From the IMG/VR virus record IMGVR_UViG_3300024180_000005, positions 1-64,000 of that record: 64,000 nucleotides of DNA. The stretch is one strand, 5' to 3'. Both the position numbers and the translations under genes were made by a program. Below are positions 59,074 through 64,000 of the stretch, piece after piece. The DNA is from a virus. Below the pieces are notes generated by a model. That model was not told where the DNA came from. It worked only from the letters and a program-made list of their open reading frames with translations, and ran no database searches. Position 1 is the first letter of the stretch. Each line of letters begins with the position of its first letter.

Positions 59074-59706
59074 TTATAACTTTAATATTTTGTTTTGTTC
59101 CTTACCCAATATTTCGAATCTCTTCCAGTATCCAGAGCTTATAGACTCTTTGTCTAGTCCTGTATAATATACGGTACCACCAATATCTACTTTAATTATC
59201 TTTGGCACATCAAAGTTTTTGACGTTTTTGTATTTTTCACAAAGTTTTAAATCCGATAATTGTTCGATATAATTGAAAACATGACGATCAAATGAAGATT
59301 TCATTCTTTCCAATCTTCTAAGTTCTTCACCAAGCTCGAATTTTCTTTTGTTATTTAAGATAAAGTCTATCTTTTCTTCTCTACACTTTACAATATCCTT
59401 TGAAAAAGTAACTCTATCTGTTGAGTAGGACCATCCAAAATTGTCGTCTTTTCTTATAGAGTATTTACAAGTGATTCCATCTCTATCAAAGAAGACATGA
59501 ATTTCACCGCTTTCCATTGGTTCAACTTCATTTATTATCTTATTCATAAATTCAGAAAATTCTTGTCTTCTTTTAAGTGATCTTTCTTCAACACGAAGAT
59601 ATAGGTCATGTATATCTTTTAAAGTCCATTCTTTTGGATCTCTGTTGAATTTTAATTTAAACTCATATTCTTTCAAGAAATTTACTCCAAGATTTTTATT
59701 ATACAT
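59074..59706 (-). CDS. Hypothetical protein with REEKIDFIL motif
   Basis: 210-aa ORF. Confidence 0.7.
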   Translation of the reverse strand: MYNKNLGVNFLKEYEFKLKFNRDPKEWTLKDIHDLYLRVEERSLKRRQEFSEFMNKIINEVEPMESGEIHVFFDRDGITCKYSIRKDDNFGWSYSTDRVTFSKDIVKCREEKIDFILNNKRKFELGEELRRLERMKSSFDRHVFNYIEQLSDLKLCEKYKNVKNFDVPKIIKVDIGGTVYYTGLDKESISSGYWKRFEILGKEQNKILKL

Positions 59707-59709
59707 ATT

Positions 59710-59952
59710 TTATTTTTTTAAAGTCTCATCAATTCTTATATCTCTTTCAATCACTTCTTTATTTTGTTTGTACCAAATTCTAAAGTCACATCCATAATAT
59801 ATGAGCTCTTTTATAGTTCTACCATCTTCTTCGTATTCAGCACTACATGTTTGACCAATCATGAATCTATTAAAACTTTCTTTCCAGATATCCGGAATTT
59901 CAGATTCTCTAATATCTCTACATTCTTCGTATATTTCTTTTAAATTTTTCAT
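59710..59952 (-). CDS. Hypothetical protein with C-terminal ERDIRIDETL motif
   Basis: ORF in operon. Confidence 0.65.
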   Translation of the reverse strand: MKNLKEIYEECRDIRESEIPDIWKESFNRFMIGQTCSAEYEEDGRTIKELIYYGCDFRIWYKQNKEVIERDIRIDETLKK

Positions 59953-60206
59953 ATCGTTTCTTCTTCAGATTTTAAATTTTGTGCAACAGATAATGTCCCG
60001 GATAAAACCTGTACCATGTCTTTGTTGTATCTATTATCTTTTATAGAGATTTCAATGTCCTCTATAATCTTTTCGATTGTTTGTCCTTTTTCTTTAAGCA
60101 TCTCTTTTTGTCCACTACAAGGAACCATACAGAATTTTGTTCTTGGCATACCATTCTCTATTTCGTAGAGGCATTGACATTTTGGTTTATTAAGAGTTTT
60201 GTCCAT
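59949..60206 (-). CDS. Hypothetical Cys-containing protein
   Basis: ORF; TATATTTG box 60224-60231. Confidence 0.65.
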   Translation of the reverse strand: MDKTLNKPKCQCLYEIENGMPRTKFCMVPCSGQKEMLKEKGQTIEKIIEDIEISIKDNRYNKDMVQVLSGTLSVAQNLKSEEETI

Positions 60207-60282
60207 TTTATTTTTTTAGAGTACAAATATACGAATATATAACAAACAATAAAAGAGCTTCGGCTCTTTTATTTAGAATATT

Positions 60283-61485
60283 TTAGTGCCAAATATCATC
60301 ACTATAATCGTAACTATCAAAATCATTTTTCAAACCCATATAGTCACCTAAATCATCACCTTCTGAATAATCTAACTCTGGTAAGAATTCTAACAAATCA
60401 TTTCTATCACATTCTGTTTTGTGTTCACCTGTTTCATAGTATGCAGTAAGACTTAGTCCATCCCAATCAATACTTTTAAACACAATATCTAATGATAAAA
60501 GTAAGTCTTCGATAAGAACTTTTTCGTGTTCGATTCTTTCTTCACATAAATCTACTTTTACTACTTTTTTAGAATATTTTTTAATCTCTATACTAGAGAC
60601 ATATCCATATTTATTATCATAGAACCAAACTTGTTCAGTTTTTTCTTTTGCTTTACCCCAACTAGGTTTAGTTTTAGTGTAAGAGAAATCATCCTCATCA
60701 TCATAATATCTTGAATAAGATCCATAAGACGAGCTATAATAAGATTTATATTCAGTTGTACCTGGTTCACGCTCTACTGGTAATGCATTCCAATCTACTT
60801 TTAGACAAGCTTCTGCAAGCTTTTCTAAGTGTTTTATATCCTGTCTTTCAGAGAATGTATGTTCGCTATAATAACCAACAGAGATGTTTGTACATTCTGC
60901 ATAGATATCAACAAATTGAACAGAGTCTGTTAAGACACCAGTATCATCATTTTCATATTTGAAGGTTGGTTCTACATCATTTAATGCTTTTGATAATGCA
61001 GTACCGAAAGTATCTGAACAACATCTTGCACTACTTTGAAAAGTAATGATTGAATTAGTTCCTCTACGGTCAAATGAAATAACTTTATTTATACCTTCAA
61101 TCTTTTTAATTTTTTGTGCTTCCGCAACTTTTCTAGAACCAATACAACCAACTTCTTCACCTAAGAAGAAGTAGTAAAGTCCAGGTATGTTATTCTCAAT
61201 CATATTTAACATCACAGTAACACCTGCTTTATCATCTGCACCTAAAATAGATTTACCATCTGTTTTGATTATATCACCTTCAAATACGTGAGTTATATCA
61301 GTAAGTGCAGAAGTTGCGGTATCTAAGTGTGCAGTGAACATAACATCAGATTTACCAATTTTGATGAATAAATTTCCAAATTCATCAGTTTTTAAACCAT
61401 CCACTAAAAGTGTAAATAATTCAGTTTCTGTTCCGTGTGGATATGTTCTTGTTGTTAGCTCTAAAAATTTATCTCTAATATTCAT
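60283..61485 (-). CDS. M28/M20-clan zinc peptidase-like protein (start likely ATG 61485)
   Basis: AHLDT, GADDKAG, EEVGCIGS, FDRRG, NISVGYYSEHT; TATATTTG box 61506-61513. Confidence 0.85.
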   Translation of the reverse strand: MNIRDKFLELTTRTYPHGTETELFTLLVDGLKTDEFGNLFIKIGKSDVMFTAHLDTATSALTDITHVFEGDIIKTDGKSILGADDKAGVTVMLNMIENNIPGLYYFFLGEEVGCIGSRKVAEAQKIKKIEGINKVISFDRRGTNSIITFQSSARCCSDTFGTALSKALNDVEPTFKYENDDTGVLTDSVQFVDIYAECTNISVGYYSEHTFSERQDIKHLEKLAEACLKVDWNALPVEREPGTTEYKSYYSSSYGSYSRYYDDEDDFSYTKTKPSWGKAKEKTEQVWFYDNKYGYVSSIEIKKYSKKVVKVDLCEERIEHEKVLIEDLLLSLDIVFKSIDWDGLSLTAYYETGEHKTECDRNDLLEFLPELDYSEGDDLGDYMGLKNDFDSYDYSDDIWH

Positions 61486-61581
61486 AATATATCTTGTTTG
61501 TTTTACAAATATAAGGATAAAATAGTTATTCACAAAATTTAGAAAGATTTTAAATAGATTTTATTTTTTAATATATAACTT

Positions 61582-63825
61582 ATGAAAAAAAACTCTGATC
61601 TTTTAAATGGTACTATACAAATTTTTGATAAATTTGATATCACTGCAAGTAATGGTGATACTACAGAAACACCTACTTTCACAACAATTGGAAGTGAATA
61701 CATATTAAGTTTTACAAGTTTAGAAAAAGTTTTAAATTTTAAAACTTTTCGGTATGATACATTAGGAATGACTAGTAATAGATACTTAGAAAATTCTTAT
61801 AGAATTTCGAGGGATGGTAATAGTTGGACAGAATGGATGCCATTAAATAGAAATATTGACAACTTTCCTTTGATAGACCCTAATGATTTACTCTTCTTAG
61901 ATGTTAAATGGGTTAGATCAGGAAGTTCTGAGATTGGAACAATAAGAATTTTAGAATATTTTTTAGAAGGAGAACTTGATAGAAATGTAGTTGATGATGG
62001 TAGTGTAATTCAATTAAAACCAGGTAAAGAAGTAATAATGAAGGCACCTTATATATATAAGGTTTTTTCGGTAAGTGATATAGAAGTTATTTCTGGATAT
62101 GATTTAAGTAATGTGGTAATAAAATTTAGATATTCACAAGATAGTGAAAGAACATGGTCTAATTGGGAATTATTTACAAAAGAAAATATAATAACTACTA
62201 GGATAAATCCGATTAGATTTTTTCAGATAGAATATAGTATAGTAAATAATGGTACAACAAATGTTTCTATACAAGATGTTAATATAATTGGAGATATTCA
62301 AAATGTTAGTAATGATTATTTTAAAACAAATCTTATGGGTATAAGAGAGTGTTGTAAATCAAACTTAACAGGATATACTGATGAAAATGGAAATTGGGTA
62401 GAAGGAACTGGGGCTAATATAGGCTCACTTGGTAATTCATTATCTGGTGATTCTTGCACTACTGATAGTTCTTTACCAGTAATGTCTAGTGATGAAAAGG
62501 CAAACCTTTATAATCCATATCAACAAAATACTGCAATGGATCTTTTGAATAAGTTAAGTACTGATGCACAACAAGTTTTTGGACACGAAACTATATACTT
62601 TTGTACAGATCCTGATAAAAAAGGACAGGATCACACTATGCATGAGTATCAATTATTTAATGTTGTTTGTGAAGGTAATATAAAAGTATCTGTTGATGGT
62701 AATAATTTCCCGGATAGTCAAATAGTTATGAATCAATTTGATTTAAATTTATTTGAACAAATGGAAGTTCATATAACTAAAAAGGCATTTAAAGAAATAT
62801 TTGGACCTCAAAGAAGACCTTCAAAAGAAGACTTCTTATATTTCTGTAACCTTAATAGAATGTATCAAGTTGATCATGCACAACAATTTAGAAACTTTAA
62901 TAATTCTGCGGTTTATTATAAATTACATTTGAAAAAATACAGTCAAAAGGCAAATGTACAGGCTGGTACTCCGGATATTGCAGATACTTTAAAACAACTT
63001 ACTAATAATAGTACACTTGATTCTCTTATGGGTATCGAAAAAACTCAAGATAAAGCAGCAGTTGCAAATAAGGATCAATTAAAAACATTAAGTAAGGACC
63101 CAATAAGACTTGATTATAAGGTACAAATTGATAAAGAATTGATTGAAAACTCTAGTACAATAATATCAAAATCAAATTATGACATGGCATCAGTTGATTA
63201 TAGAACTACTGGTGTTAGTTATAAAAATTTAGATGCACAATTAAGAGTTTCCGATAATATAGGATATTATGTTTGGTTTAACATACATAATTATATACAA
63301 GGTGAGTTATATAACTTATTTAACTACTATGATGATGCTAATTCATTGGGTTGGAGAGCTGATATAATAGATGATGATATAGTATTTATGGCAAATGATA
63401 CTGAATATAAATTTCATTTAAAAGGAAATCCAACTAATGATGTTATTGCATTAGATGAAGATGTTTGGTATTGTTATGTGCTTAATGTTGACCAACGAAG
63501 TAGAGAATTATCACAGTGGATTTATAAAAGAGATATTTATGATGAATCTGCAGGTGGTTCTGCAATAAGTACCATTTTACAAAATGTTTATAAAGATACA
63601 CAAACTATTACACCTTTTGAATATCTTATTGAGGGTAATTATTGTAGTATATTAGGATCTGATATGAAAATAACAAATATTAGATTATTCTTAGATATTA
63701 TACCAGAAAGTTATCATAATAAAATATTGAATCAATATATAATAGGTGATGATTCTAAACATATGGTTTTCGCAGATAATGCGACCACTAGAATTTATCT
63801 ACCGAATTTTCCATATAACGAATAA
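61582..63825 (+). CDS. T4 gp14-like neck protein core with long N- and C-terminal extensions
   Basis: Central FGHETIYF...EY...EVHITKKAF...P..EDFLYF...MYQVDH...YYKLHLKKY pattern; late box 61569-61577. Confidence 0.7.
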   Translation: MKKNSDLLNGTIQIFDKFDITASNGDTTETPTFTTIGSEYILSFTSLEKVLNFKTFRYDTLGMTSNRYLENSYRISRDGNSWTEWMPLNRNIDNFPLIDPNDLLFLDVKWVRSGSSEIGTIRILEYFLEGELDRNVVDDGSVIQLKPGKEVIMKAPYIYKVFSVSDIEVISGYDLSNVVIKFRYSQDSERTWSNWELFTKENIITTRINPIRFFQIEYSIVNNGTTNVSIQDVNIIGDIQNVSNDYFKTNLMGIRECCKSNLTGYTDENGNWVEGTGANIGSLGNSLSGDSCTTDSSLPVMSSDEKANLYNPYQQNTAMDLLNKLSTDAQQVFGHETIYFCTDPDKKGQDHTMHEYQLFNVVCEGNIKVSVDGNNFPDSQIVMNQFDLNLFEQMEVHITKKAFKEIFGPQRRPSKEDFLYFCNLNRMYQVDHAQQFRNFNNSAVYYKLHLKKYSQKANVQAGTPDIADTLKQLTNNSTLDSLMGIEKTQDKAAVANKDQLKTLSKDPIRLDYKVQIDKELIENSSTIISKSNYDMASVDYRTTGVSYKNLDAQLRVSDNIGYYVWFNIHNYIQGELYNLFNYYDDANSLGWRADIIDDDIVFMANDTEYKFHLKGNPTNDVIALDEDVWYCYVLNVDQRSRELSQWIYKRDIYDESAGGSAISTILQNVYKDTQTITPFEYLIEGNYCSILGSDMKITNIRLFLDIIPESYHNKILNQYIIGDDSKHMVFADNATTRIYLPNFPYNE

Positions 63826-63856
63826 AAAAAAGAGATATTTTAATTATCTCTTTTTT
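63824..63856. terminator. Bidirectional terminator
   Basis: AAAAAAAGAGATA...TATCTCTTTTTT between convergent genes. Confidence 0.7.
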
Positions 63857-64000
63857 GAGTTCTAATTCTCCAAGCTTCTAAGTCTCTTTCCATGAATTTT
63901 CTAATTCTTTTGGAAATATTTATTGAATTTTCATCACAGAATTTTCTATATTCTTCTAGAAGTTTATCCGGTAATCTTAGTGAGAACATTTTATCTTTTG
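63840..64000 (-). CDS. Partial ribbon-helix-helix (CopG/Arc-like) DNA-binding protein
   Basis: KDKMFSLRLPDKLLEEYRKFCDENSINISKRIRKFME...*. Confidence 0.65.
   Translation of the reverse strand, partial: KDKMFSLRLPDKLLEEYRKFCDENSINISKRIRKFMERDLEAWRIRTQKRDN

Noticed and set aside
1-64000. Genome-wide stop-codon reassignment (TAG or TGA read as sense)
   Set aside because: Long genes are intact in the standard code and TAG/TGA terminate genes at sensible positions; only isolated internal stops occur (5629 TAG, 15722 TAA).

Overview
Very AT-rich (roughly 25-30% GC by eye), gene-dense fragment of a large T4-like (jumbo) bacteriophage genome, standard genetic code. The host is probably a Bacteroidota bacterium, because TAnnTTTG -7 promoter boxes precede many small genes. 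T4-like core genes: gp32-like SSB, gp13- and gp14-like neck proteins, gp3-like tail protein, Rnl1 RNA ligase, nrdB. Host-like genes: dnaK, dnaJ, grpE, an N-domain-less clpC, uvsE, LOG, Nudix, CYTH, MgtC, rhodanese and a C5 DNA methyltransferase. Also present are a 9-gene glycan-modification cluster, LamG/DUF1566 virion proteins and several homing-endonuclease-like genes. Main observations: (1) about 13 unrelated proteins share an N-terminal peptide resembling the T4 capsid-targeting sequence, including a tandem array at 30.3-32.7 kb, suggesting modular injected cargo; (2) unannotated mini-genes resemble fragments of major capsid and portal proteins (possible decoys); (3) a TAATATATA box sits exactly 4 nt before about 16 ATGs (likely leaderless late mRNAs); (4) a promoter- and terminator-bounded ~90-nt structured RNA candidate; (5) an aberrant tRNA-Gly(ACC)-like element; (6) a sigma54-type promoter at dnaK; (7) a gp3-like gene apparently lacking a canonical start. 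All family assignments come from motif recognition by eye; no searches were run.
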